From a virus: 64,000 nucleotides of DNA. Of the stretch, positions 20,364 to 30,259 are shown one piece after another (positions within the stretch are counted from its first letter, which is position 1; each line of letters starts with the position of its first letter). Below the pieces are notes generated by a model that saw nothing but the letters and a program-made list of their open reading frames with translations, searched no databases and was not told the DNA's origin. The position numbers were made by a program, and so were the translations under genes. The stretch spans positions 15,838 through 79,837 of IMG/VR virus record IMGVR_UViG_3300042474_001185. The stretch is one strand, 5' to 3'.

Positions 20364-21727
20364 TGACAAAATTAATTATCTTTGACTTGGATGGTGTGCT
20401 GGTTGAAGCAAAGCAAATACACTATGATACATTAAATCAAGCTCTAAGAGAAATAGATGAAAAATATATAATATCTGAAGCTGAGCATCTATCCACATAT
20501 GATGGATTAAAGACAACACAAAAGTTAGAGTTACTTACTAAAAACAAAGGATTACATCCTGAATTTTATGATGATATTTGGTATAGAAAGCAACATCTAA
20601 CTATTGAAGCTATTTCACAATTACAACCAGATTCACAAAAAATTGAATTGTTTAAAGAGTTGAGAGATGGGGGATATAAGTTAGCATGTGCTTCAAACTC
20701 AATTAGAAGGTCTGTGTTAGTTATGTTAGCAAAGATAGGTATAATTGAGTATATGGACTTAATCATCTCCAATGAGGACGTAAAGAACTCTAAACCGCAT
20801 CCTGAGATGTATTGGAAGGCAATGAGTATGATGAGTGTGTTGCCGGAAGAAACCCTAATTGTAGAAGATTCACCACATGGTTTATTGGCGGCAAGTAGAA
20901 GTAGAGCAAATGTATTGAGAGTAGATAATCCAAAAGATTTGGTAATTTCAAAAATTATTCGTAAATTAGAACAAACTAAAAAAGTTATGAGCATACCAAA
21001 ATGGCAAGGTGGTAAGATGAATGTACTTATCCCAATGGCCGGAGCTGGAAGTAGATTCCAACAAGCAGGTTATACATTTCCAAAACCACTAATTGATGTG
21101 GAAGGTAAACCAATGATTCAGGTTGTAGTAGATAACCTAAACATAGAAGCTACATACATTTATGTAGTTCAAAAAGAACATAGAGAGAAGTACAACTTAG
21201 ATACTCTATTAAACTTAATAACTCCTAATTGTAAGATTGTGGAAGTTGATGGTTTGACAGAGGGAGCTGCTTGTACAACTCTATTAGCTAAGGAACATAT
21301 TGATAATGATGCTCCTTTAGTTATGGCAAACTCTGACCAATTCGTAGAATGGGATAGTAATGAGTTTATGTATAAGATGATTGAACAAAAAGTAGATGGT
21401 GGTATCTTAACATTTACAGCAACACATCCTAAATGGTCATTTGCTAAAGTAGATGAGTATGGATATGTAACGGAAGTAGCAGAGAAGAATCCAATTTCAG
21501 ATATTGCAACTGTTGGAGTTTACTATTGGGCTAAAGGTTCTGATTATGTAAAGTATGCAGAACAAATGATTGAAAAGAATATCAGAACTAACAATGAGTT
21601 TTATACTTGCCCAACTTTTAACGAAGCAATTGCGGATGGTAAAAAAATAAAAACATTTAACATTGATAAGATGTGGGGATTGGGAACGCCAGAAGATTTA
21701 AAATATTACTTAGAAAACAAAAAATAA
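20363..21727 (+). CDS. HAD phosphatase fused to a sugar-phosphate nucleotidyltransferase
   Basis: N-terminal FDLDGVL, KPHPE, VEDS; C-terminal IPMAGAGSRF...PKPLI, EK, GLGTPEDL. Confidence 0.88.
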   Translation: MTKLIIFDLDGVLVEAKQIHYDTLNQALREIDEKYIISEAEHLSTYDGLKTTQKLELLTKNKGLHPEFYDDIWYRKQHLTIEAISQLQPDSQKIELFKELRDGGYKLACASNSIRRSVLVMLAKIGIIEYMDLIISNEDVKNSKPHPEMYWKAMSMMSVLPEETLIVEDSPHGLLAASRSRANVLRVDNPKDLVISKIIRKLEQTKKVMSIPKWQGGKMNVLIPMAGAGSRFQQAGYTFPKPLIDVEGKPMIQVVVDNLNIEATYIYVVQKEHREKYNLDTLLNLITPNCKIVEVDGLTEGAACTTLLAKEHIDNDAPLVMANSDQFVEWDSNEFMYKMIEQKVDGGILTFTATHPKWSFAKVDEYGYVTEVAEKNPISDIATVGVYYWAKGSDYVKYAEQMIEKNIRTNNEFYTCPTFNEAIADGKKIKTFNIDKMWGLGTPEDLKYYLENKK

Positions 21728-22953
21728 TGACACAAAATCAACCGGTTACATTTATAATTCCTTGTAGAAATAATCTAAAGTATTTGCAGCAAGCAGTTCA
21801 AAGTATAGAAACTCATTATGGAGAATATCATCATATTGTTATATTAGATGATGCTTCAACCGATGGTACTAATGATTGGGTAAGTTCAATAAATAAACCA
21901 AATATTATATCATATAGAAATGGTGGACCTGATAGAGTGGGACATACTGTGTTATATGATATTGGTATTAAATTAGCAACAACTCCCATAGTTACAATTC
22001 TACATTCAGATATGATTGTAACACAAAACTATGTTGGTAATATGTTAAAGCATTTAAAACCATTGACTGTAGTTTCTGCTACTCGTATTGAACCACCATT
22101 ACATCCACCGGGTCCTGAAAAGTATGTTAAGGATTTTGGTATGGAGCCTGAAACATTTGATAATTCGTCTTTTCAAAAGTTTGTATATGAAACGGAATAT
22201 ACAACGGAGGGAAAAACCACAAAAGGTATCTTTGCACCTTGGATGTTATATAAAGAAGATTTTGCACAAATAGGTGGACATGATTTATTATTTGCACCAA
22301 TGGAGTTAGAAGATTCGGATATATTCAATAGATTCCATTTACAGCAATATGAATTAATACAAAGTAGAGATGCTTTTGTATATCATATGACTTGTAGAGG
22401 TAGTAGATTTAAAGATGGTATTGAAATTGAAAGAGAGATACCATTACCAGACGGAACTATTTGGTATAAACCTAAAGATTCGGAAGAATATACAAAATTA
22501 AGAAATAATAAATTTAGAGAATGGTGGAGAAAATGGCATACTGATGTATTGCATGATGACCTTATGATGCCAATAGTTCCAAATAGATATACTACTTCAT
22601 TTGTAGTTCATAATTGTAATCCACATCTTTTGGGAGTATTGGAACCTTGGTGCGATGACATATATATTGATTGTGATTTTGGAAGTTATGTAGCTAGTGA
22701 GGAAAATGAATCAATGTTTAAGATAACGGATAAAGTACATAATATTGGGGATGTTATGAAAAATGATGTGCAAATATTATTTGATGGTAGTAAACTAACA
22801 AATGAACATTATACACAATTCATAAAAAACATACCATTTATAGTTCAGCAAACTGATTCAATTGGAAGTTTTGAATGGGATATATTCCAACTTCACATAC
22901 TTAATTTAAGAACAAAAGATATGGTACAGCCATTCTTCAAAAATATATTTTAA
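21727..22953 (+). CDS. GT2-family glycosyltransferase
   Basis: FIIPCRN, LDDASTDGT, LHSD, EDSD; ATG 21727 coupled to the upstream stop. Confidence 0.85.
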   Translation: MTQNQPVTFIIPCRNNLKYLQQAVQSIETHYGEYHHIVILDDASTDGTNDWVSSINKPNIISYRNGGPDRVGHTVLYDIGIKLATTPIVTILHSDMIVTQNYVGNMLKHLKPLTVVSATRIEPPLHPPGPEKYVKDFGMEPETFDNSSFQKFVYETEYTTEGKTTKGIFAPWMLYKEDFAQIGGHDLLFAPMELEDSDIFNRFHLQQYELIQSRDAFVYHMTCRGSRFKDGIEIEREIPLPDGTIWYKPKDSEEYTKLRNNKFREWWRKWHTDVLHDDLMMPIVPNRYTTSFVVHNCNPHLLGVLEPWCDDIYIDCDFGSYVASEENESMFKITDKVHNIGDVMKNDVQILFDGSKLTNEHYTQFIKNIPFIVQQTDSIGSFEWDIFQLHILNLRTKDMVQPFFKNIF

Positions 22954-23843
22954 TGAAAAAAAGAACACTAATTTGCATACATGTTATGCCATCCGAAATT
23001 GAAATGTTTGAAAGACAAATAGTTCAAATGAAAAAAGCATTCATGTATTTGGATGAAAGAGATGATGTTACATTAAAAGTAACATTAAACCTAAACCCAG
23101 AATTAACTGATTGGGAAAATAGTGAATTAAAAAATGGCCACTTCATATCTCGTTTTGCAATATTATTTAATGGAATGAAAAATATAAATGAAATTATATT
23201 GGATACTCAATGTTGGGGAACTACTCAACAAAAGAGAGAAGCTATTAAATTAGATTATGACCAATTTATATTTTGTGATACCGATATAATTTTCCACGAG
23301 CATATGTTAAGATATCAATTAGATGTATCTTACCAAATGGAAGGTATGTATATTGTTTCACCATCATTAGCAAAGTTTTGGGACACTAGTTGGGATGTAT
23401 TATGTCATTCTGATTATATGGATAAGCATATAGGATATTCAACGGAAAGAGAAGCCATAGAAAATACAACTGTACAAAAAGTAGAATCTATTACAGTAAA
23501 AAGAGTACCTGTTATTAAGTTTGGATGTGGGATGCATACTTTATATTCTAAATCATTTTGGGAGTTTGTTGGTATACCTGAATCATTTGGTGGGTATGGT
23601 CCTGAAGATACATACGCAATGTCAGCCGCTGAAATAGCAATTAAATTAGGACATGATATAGTTCAAGTATATATGGATGGTATTTACATTACGGAAGATT
23701 ATATAAACAGACAGCCATCATTTGATGGAAAGATTAAACCAATTGATAAAAAAACAGAATTTTGGCAAAAAGCATTTAATCTTGGCCAAGAGGAAATTAC
23801 AAAGTTTGCAACAAAATTAATCAAAAATAAATCAAATCCATAA
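22953..23843 (+). CDS. putative GT-A glycosyltransferase
   Basis: FIFCDTD (DxD) and FGGYGPED motif. Confidence 0.6.
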   Translation: MKKRTLICIHVMPSEIEMFERQIVQMKKAFMYLDERDDVTLKVTLNLNPELTDWENSELKNGHFISRFAILFNGMKNINEIILDTQCWGTTQQKREAIKLDYDQFIFCDTDIIFHEHMLRYQLDVSYQMEGMYIVSPSLAKFWDTSWDVLCHSDYMDKHIGYSTEREAIENTTVQKVESITVKRVPVIKFGCGMHTLYSKSFWEFVGIPESFGGYGPEDTYAMSAAEIAIKLGHDIVQVYMDGIYITEDYINRQPSFDGKIKPIDKKTEFWQKAFNLGQEEITKFATKLIKNKSNP

Positions 23844-23876
23844 ATCTTTATATTTATATTGGTAAATACGAATATA

Positions 23877-24479
23877 ATGAAGCTTAGTCAATTAAAAGAG
23901 CAAATACGTTCTGTAATTAGAGAACAATTTATAGATGAGATGTCACAAAACGATATCCATTTTAAAGCAATAATGAAATTCTACGATAAGGGAACTTCAA
24001 ATGCTAAGAAAGCAATATCTTTATATTGTTGCGCTAAACCAAATGCAAATAGACAACAAATTGTTAAAGAATTGATGGATATGGATTATAATGATATCCA
24101 AGACTTACAAAAGCATTTCAAAATTAAAGAATACGTTGACAAGAAAGGTGTTGAGCATGTTGCAGCAGCGTTACCTCAAACGGAAGAAGAACCTGTAAAC
24201 GAAGCAAAAGTAATTGATATTGTAGATAGATTCCATGATTTGAAATTACCAAATATAGTTTATTTAAACAAAAAGCCATATACTGGAAATGCTTTTGTTA
24301 TGAATGGATATAATGGTTATACATCATCTAGTACTGATGGTTGGGTATATGATTCCAAAACAAGAAAACCATTAACTGATAAGCAAGGGAGTACATTGAG
24401 GGCAACTACACATAGGGGAGCTAAATGGAATTTTAAAAATGGTATAAAAGAATCGGTAAACGAATGTAAAACTTGTTAA
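23877..24479 (+). CDS. hypothetical protein, possibly virion-internal
   Basis: MKLSQLKEQIRSVIRE N-terminus; preceded by the ATATTTATA motif at 23850. Confidence 0.6.
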   Translation: MKLSQLKEQIRSVIREQFIDEMSQNDIHFKAIMKFYDKGTSNAKKAISLYCCAKPNANRQQIVKELMDMDYNDIQDLQKHFKIKEYVDKKGVEHVAAALPQTEEEPVNEAKVIDIVDRFHDLKLPNIVYLNKKPYTGNAFVMNGYNGYTSSSTDGWVYDSKTRKPLTDKQGSTLRATTHRGAKWNFKNGIKESVNECKTC

Positions 24480-24481
24480 GT

Positions 24482-24796
24482 ATGGAAAATATGTATTCAG
24501 TAATAATCACAGCTATCACCGTATTGGGTGGAACAGGAGCTTGGAGATATTACGAAAAGAGAGCACTAAATAAAGAAAGAGATGATGAGTTTATCAGACA
24601 CGATTGTAAAGATAGAATCTCTAAATTAGAAGCCTTATTAGAAAATAGTTCAAAAGAGAAAGATGAACTTCGTAGTATGGTATTAGAACTTACAAAAGAA
24701 GTAGCAGCATTGGGTGTTAAAGTTGAGTTCCTTACAAAAGAAAACGATAAGTTAGAAAAAGCACTCCCAAAGACTAAGAGACAAATAAACGGATAA
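24482..24796 (+). CDS. membrane-anchored coiled-coil protein
   Basis: N-terminal hydrophobic helix (VIITAITVLGGTGAW) followed by a heptad-rich region. Confidence 0.6.
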   Translation: MENMYSVIITAITVLGGTGAWRYYEKRALNKERDDEFIRHDCKDRISKLEALLENSSKEKDELRSMVLELTKEVAALGVKVEFLTKENDKLEKALPKTKRQING

Positions 24797-24797
24797 G

Positions 24798-25325
24798 ATG
24801 CCATTAGCAAGAGCTCTATTTACAGAAGATAGGAAATTAAGAATATTTGATTTTGATGATACACTTGTCAAAACAAATTCATTCATATATGTAACGCATA
24901 AGGATGGCAAGAAATCAAAACTAACTCCTGGTCAATATGCGGTTTACAAAGAAAGACCGGGTGATGAATTTGATTATAAAGATTTTCAACAAGTAACAAA
25001 TCCTCAAATTATAAAGGGGTATGTTGAATTATTAAGAAGAATGGTTAATAGTGGTGGAAGCAGAGAAGTATTCATCTTAACAGCTCGTTCCGCAGAAAGA
25101 CCAGTATCCCAATTCATAAAAGACTTAGGTATAAAGGGAGTAACAGTAGTAGCATTGGGTGATAATAACCCTGAAAAGAAAGCTGACTGGATTGAAGATA
25201 AAGTAAAGGATGGATTTGATGATGTTTACTTTGTAGATGATTCCCCTAAAAACGTAGATGCGGTCCGCAAAAGACTAAGTAATTACAATATAAAGAAAAA
25301 AATCCAACAAGTTAAACACTTCTAA
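24798..25325 (+). CDS. HAD-superfamily phosphatase (capless, PNKP-like)
   Basis: FDFDDTL, ILTAR, K, FVDDS. Confidence 0.8.
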   Translation: MPLARALFTEDRKLRIFDFDDTLVKTNSFIYVTHKDGKKSKLTPGQYAVYKERPGDEFDYKDFQQVTNPQIIKGYVELLRRMVNSGGSREVFILTARSAERPVSQFIKDLGIKGVTVVALGDNNPEKKADWIEDKVKDGFDDVYFVDDSPKNVDAVRKRLSNYNIKKKIQQVKHF

Positions 25326-25401
25326 CTTGTAGTAGTAGTTTATTTAAATTTTTCAATATTTATAAGAGTTAAATACTAACTTTACGAAACAATATTGAGA
25401 A

Positions 25402-27519
25402 ATGGCAAATAAAAAGATAACCGAATTACCTTATATTACAGGAATATCGGGCTCTACGATAGCGGATAATCCACTAATTAACACTGTGGTTCCTGTGGTT
25501 TTATATGGTACTACGAATCAAATAAATATTGAGAATTTCTCAAGGTTTATGAATTTGTACACTGCTACAACTGGTTCTGCTGGTAATATATTTGTAGGTC
25601 CTCAAACTATTAATAATAATGTAACTATTAATGGAAATCAAGCGGTAAATGGAAATGTTAGTATTAGTGGTAGATTAACAGTTAATGAAGTTGTTGCTCA
25701 ATATGAAACGGCATCGATATTATTTTCAACGGGTTCTACAAAATTAGGTGACCAAATAACCGATAAGCACGAATTTACTGGTTCAACAAATATAACTGGT
25801 TCACTTATTATAAATGGTGTAAACTTTACCGATTTTAGCGCATCTAATTCAACTGTATTTACAAACTTCAGTAGTTCAAACTCAACTGTATTTACAAACT
25901 TTAGTAGTTCTAATTCAACATTATTTACAAATACCAGTAGTTCTATAAACACTACTCTATTTGCAGTAAGTAGTTCTATAAACACTACTTTATTTGCATT
26001 GAGTAGTTCAAACTCAACTGTATTTACAAACTTTAGTAGTTCAAACTCAACTGTATTTACAAATTATAGTTCATCGAATTCAATTGTATTTACAAACTTT
26101 AGTAGTTCAAACTCAACTGTATTTACAAATTATAGTTCATCGAATTCAACTTTAATAACAAATTATAGTAGCTCAATTAATACTACTATATACACAATAA
26201 GTGCTTCGATAGATACCACAATATACACAATAAGTGCTTCAATAGATGATACTTTATTTGCGGTAAGTGCTTCAATAGATTCTACTATTAAGGCTAATTT
26301 GGGAGCAACTAATGATGTAGTATTTAGAATTCAACAAGCAACAGCATCAATACAAGAATATACTGCATCTTTAAAAACAGCAATATTACCTAATGGTACT
26401 AATTTAGATGTTATTGGTAATTTAAGAGTTAGTGGTTCTACTACTTTGGGTGATACTAATACTGATAAGGTTGAAGTAACTGGTTCGGTTAATGTAACTG
26501 GATATGTATCAGCATCTGGTATTAATATCTATTCAACTGGTACTCCTGAAATTCTATCTACAAACAATTTAAGATTAACGGCAGATAGCTCGGTTGTAAT
26601 TACTACTGATAATTCTGGAACAGCAAAGGTATGGGATTTTGATAATGGTGGTACAATAAATTTACCGGGCGGAGCTACAATATCAACACCAAATACTGTG
26701 GATGTGATTGTTGCAGCTGGTTCGGCTGGGGCAGCTCAATTAGCAAACTTTAATAAGGGTAACTACTTTGCAATAAATGATACTCTTGCAACAATTAATG
26801 TGGATGCTGGGGCTACAAATAAGGTATGGCAATTTACAAATGTTGGTAGTATTAATTTACCGGGTTCAATTATTAAACCTGATGGGGGAGAGTATTCAGC
26901 ATCATTAACATTGACATCTTCATTCCATGCATTTACCGCATCAATAGGTTCTACATCAAATGATTATAGAATTGAATTAAATAGTATTGAAGCTTACACT
27001 GCATCTTTAAAAACTGCAGCAATTGTATCATCTTCAACGCAAGTTCAAAACTATGACCTATTCGCATTAAACTCTAACTTATATATTGGTACTGGTTCAT
27101 TACAAGCACAACTTAATGGTTTAATGGGATTCACTGCATCATTGGATAATACATACGCAACTGATGCACAATTACTTCCAATATTACAGGCAACTCGTTC
27201 ATTGGAATTACATAGTGGTTCAATGATTGGTATTACAAATGAATTGATGAGTTACACCGCATCACTTAAAGCAGCAGCAATTGTATCTTCTTCACAACAG
27301 GTACAAAACTACTTCGCATTTGCATTAACTTCATCTAATAATAGTTTCTTTGGTGAAAGTACATTTACAAATAAAGTTACGCATACAAATGGTTATGTAG
27401 TATTATCGCAAGTTTCAGCAAGTTTAAATTTTGTGGATGATGCCGCAGCAGCAATTGGTGGTGTACCTTTGGGTGGATTATATAGAAACGGAAACTTTAT
27501 AGTAATTAGAATAGCATAA
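25402..27519 (+). CDS. putative tail fibre/virion protein
   Basis: MANKKITELP start, GSTKLGD...HEFTGS motif, repeated TASL segments, C-terminal DDAAAAIGGVPLGGLYR. Confidence 0.7.
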   Translation: MANKKITELPYITGISGSTIADNPLINTVVPVVLYGTTNQINIENFSRFMNLYTATTGSAGNIFVGPQTINNNVTINGNQAVNGNVSISGRLTVNEVVAQYETASILFSTGSTKLGDQITDKHEFTGSTNITGSLIINGVNFTDFSASNSTVFTNFSSSNSTVFTNFSSSNSTLFTNTSSSINTTLFAVSSSINTTLFALSSSNSTVFTNFSSSNSTVFTNYSSSNSIVFTNFSSSNSTVFTNYSSSNSTLITNYSSSINTTIYTISASIDTTIYTISASIDDTLFAVSASIDSTIKANLGATNDVVFRIQQATASIQEYTASLKTAILPNGTNLDVIGNLRVSGSTTLGDTNTDKVEVTGSVNVTGYVSASGINIYSTGTPEILSTNNLRLTADSSVVITTDNSGTAKVWDFDNGGTINLPGGATISTPNTVDVIVAAGSAGAAQLANFNKGNYFAINDTLATINVDAGATNKVWQFTNVGSINLPGSIIKPDGGEYSASLTLTSSFHAFTASIGSTSNDYRIELNSIEAYTASLKTAAIVSSSTQVQNYDLFALNSNLYIGTGSLQAQLNGLMGFTASLDNTYATDAQLLPILQATRSLELHSGSMIGITNELMSYTASLKAAAIVSSSQQVQNYFAFALTSSNNSFFGESTFTNKVTHTNGYVVLSQVSASLNFVDDAAAAIGGVPLGGLYRNGNFIVIRIA
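25825..26290 (+). repeat. 33-bp coding repeat (11-aa unit, FTNFSSSNSTV drifting to YTISASIDTTI)
   Basis: repeated tttacaaactttagtagttcaaactcaactgta units; boundaries approximate. Confidence 0.85.
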
Positions 27520-27531
27520 AACAATAAACAA

Positions 27532-28647
27532 ATGGCATTAGAATTATCGGGTTCAATAAATATAAGTGGTTCAATGACCGCAACAACAATAATAGTATCT
27601 GCGCCAGGAGCACCTGGTATGGTATCATCTTCAAATCAATTAGTAGAATTAAATACTGCTACGGGTTCTTTAATAGGAATCACAAATGATTTGACGGCAT
27701 ATACGGCATCATTAAAAGGAGCAATTGAAGTAAGTGGACAAAATGTAAATGTATTAGGTACTCTAACCGCACAAGAAATATATACAACTTATGTAACATC
27801 TTCAATACTGTTTAAAAGTGGGTCAACTAAATTTGGCGATGATACCGGTGATATACATCAATTTACAGGTTCATTAAGAACACGTTTTGGTACTAATGAA
27901 AACTTACATATTTTCAGTCTTGGTTCTGGTGATATGAGATTATCAGCATTAAATGACACTGCAAATTCTAATGTTCAATTATCTGTTCAAGCTTATCCAT
28001 TAATATTTAAAACCGCTGGTGGTCTTGATGTAATACGAATAACAACTGGCAGTATATCTAGTGGTAGAACTGAAATTACTGGTTCATTTAATGTTAATGG
28101 TGAAATTAGAATGGATGGCTCTACATTATTTAGAGGGATGAGTAGTAATACTTTACAATTATGTGGTGGTACTTCAAGTTCTAATATTAAAATTAATGGT
28201 GCAACAGAAGTTATAACACTGGATACCAATGGCGCAACAAGAGTTACCGTCGCCTCATCCGGAACAACAACATTTGGTGGTGCAATTGATACTTCCGAAA
28301 ATTTAATATATTCCAAAAGAACTTCACCTTCTAATGTAACTACTGGTGCAACAACTGTATTTACTATAACACAAAAGAGTGGTGAGTTTCAATCAACTTA
28401 TATGATATCTATTATAGGTCTATATGATTCGGGTGGAGCTAATCAAAATGGATACTATACCGGAATTGCATCATTCTTTAATGATGGAGCTGTTGCACAG
28501 GCAGCTATATCAGGATTACATTCCAACGGATGGTCGGCATCTGCGGCCGCAACATTGGGAGGGTCTTTTACGGTAACCTTTACAAATGCTGCAGCAACAA
28601 CAATGACTAATATTAGAATTACTGCGTTAAAAATAAACGCAACTTAA
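27532..28647 (+). CDS. putative tail fibre/virion protein
   Basis: shares GSTKFGD...HQFTGS and IGITNxLxxYTASLK segments with the upstream protein; Gly/Ser/Thr-rich beta repeats. Confidence 0.65.
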   Translation: MALELSGSINISGSMTATTIIVSAPGAPGMVSSSNQLVELNTATGSLIGITNDLTAYTASLKGAIEVSGQNVNVLGTLTAQEIYTTYVTSSILFKSGSTKFGDDTGDIHQFTGSLRTRFGTNENLHIFSLGSGDMRLSALNDTANSNVQLSVQAYPLIFKTAGGLDVIRITTGSISSGRTEITGSFNVNGEIRMDGSTLFRGMSSNTLQLCGGTSSSNIKINGATEVITLDTNGATRVTVASSGTTTFGGAIDTSENLIYSKRTSPSNVTTGATTVFTITQKSGEFQSTYMISIIGLYDSGGANQNGYYTGIASFFNDGAVAQAAISGLHSNGWSASAAATLGGSFTVTFTNAAATTMTNIRITALKINAT

Positions 28648-28662
28648 TTCAAATAATAACTA

Positions 28663-30246
28663 ATGAAACAATACAACGTTATTTTAAAAAAGGATGTAGA
28701 CTATGATTCTTTTTGGAATGATATTGAAAGTGATACCGATGGTGGTAAACTTTATATTCCAAATAGAGCAGTAGAATTTACAAACGAAAGATTAGCTTCA
28801 CTTCGTCAATGTTGGTATTTGCTGACAGATGAAGAAGCAGAATTACTTAGACAGGATGATAGAGTTTTGGGAGTAGAGATACCGCCAGAGTATAGAGATG
28901 ATATTGTGATGTTACCTAGAGCAACTCAAACTGGAAATTTTACAAAGACAACATCTGATAGTGGTACATTTCTTAATTGGGGATTGATTCGTTCATCAAA
29001 CCCAACTAACGTTTATGGTACTGGTACAACTACCGCATTAAATTATGAATATACCTTAGATGGAACTGGTGTTGATGTGGTAATTCAAGATAGTGGATTA
29101 CAGGTAGACCATCCTGAATTTCAAGATGGAAGCGGTAATACAAGAGTTCAACAAATAGATTGGAGTGATTATAGTGCTGGTTTTGTACAAAGTGCAAATC
29201 ATTATAGAGATTTTGATGGACATGGTACACATGTAGCTGGTATTGCTTGTGGTAAAACATATGGTTGGGCAAAAGAAGCAAGAGTATATTCTCAAAAATT
29301 AAGTGGTTTGGAAGGTAGTGGGGATAGTGGTACTGGTATTAGTATTACTTACGCATTTGATGCTATTAAAACTTGGCATACATCTAAAGCAGGTAGTAGA
29401 CCGACAGTAGTCAATATGAGTTGGGGATATGGAACTTATTATAATACTGTAACATCATTAACTTATAGAGGAGTAACATATTCCGATGGTAGTACTACTG
29501 GAAACGCATCATATAGATTTTCAAACTATGGATTAAATTCATCTTCTGGTTCTCCTGTTGCAACTTATATTGCTAATGTAAGAATTGCTTCGGTGGATAC
29601 TGATATAGAAGAAATGATTGATGCTGGCGTTGTAGTTTGCATAGCAGCCGGTAATAGAGGAACTAAAATAGATGTGTTCGGAGGATTAGATTATAATAAT
29701 TTTGTGACAACTAACTCTGGAATTAAATATTATCATAGAGGAAGTTCTCCATATTCAGATAGAGCATTAATGGTAGGTTCAATTGATAGTACGGTATATG
29801 ATGTGAACAATGACCAAAAAGCTACATATTCCGAAACAGGACCTGGAGTTAGTATTTGGGCGCCTGGCACAAACATTATGAGTGCATGTTCTAATACAAA
29901 CGCATTTGGTGCACAATCATATTATTTGAATGCATCATTTAAGCAAGTTAATATTAGTGGTACTTCAATGGCTGCACCGCAAGTTGCAGGAGTTGCTGCA
30001 TTAGCATTACAATTAAATCCAACATATACACCAACGCAAGTTAAATCATCTTTAGTAGAAAATGCTTCGGATGATATATATACTACTGGAAATACTACGG
30101 ATTATTCTAACACAAGAAGTTTATTAGGGTCTGGTATAAAAATGTTATATAGCAGTTTTACACAGGCACCGATATCTGGTGGTCCTACAGCGTTAGTAGT
30201 AAAAGGTGGGGGATTGAGAATAACTGCGGATATAAGAATGGTATAA
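28663..30246 (+). CDS. S8 subtilisin-like serine peptidase
   Basis: catalytic triad VIQDSG / HGTHVAG / GTSMAAP, oxyanion AAGN, N-terminal prodomain-like region. Confidence 0.92.
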   Translation: MKQYNVILKKDVDYDSFWNDIESDTDGGKLYIPNRAVEFTNERLASLRQCWYLLTDEEAELLRQDDRVLGVEIPPEYRDDIVMLPRATQTGNFTKTTSDSGTFLNWGLIRSSNPTNVYGTGTTTALNYEYTLDGTGVDVVIQDSGLQVDHPEFQDGSGNTRVQQIDWSDYSAGFVQSANHYRDFDGHGTHVAGIACGKTYGWAKEARVYSQKLSGLEGSGDSGTGISITYAFDAIKTWHTSKAGSRPTVVNMSWGYGTYYNTVTSLTYRGVTYSDGSTTGNASYRFSNYGLNSSSGSPVATYIANVRIASVDTDIEEMIDAGVVVCIAAGNRGTKIDVFGGLDYNNFVTTNSGIKYYHRGSSPYSDRALMVGSIDSTVYDVNNDQKATYSETGPGVSIWAPGTNIMSACSNTNAFGAQSYYLNASFKQVNISGTSMAAPQVAGVAALALQLNPTYTPTQVKSSLVENASDDIYTTGNTTDYSNTRSLLGSGIKMLYSSFTQAPISGGPTALVVKGGGLRITADIRMV

Positions 30247-30259
30247 AAATAAAAAAGTT

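Noticed and set aside
2-23843. Bacterial O-antigen or capsule locus
   Set aside because: No Wzx, Wzy, Wzz, ABC exporter or initiating transferase, and the block is interrupted by a virion-like gene
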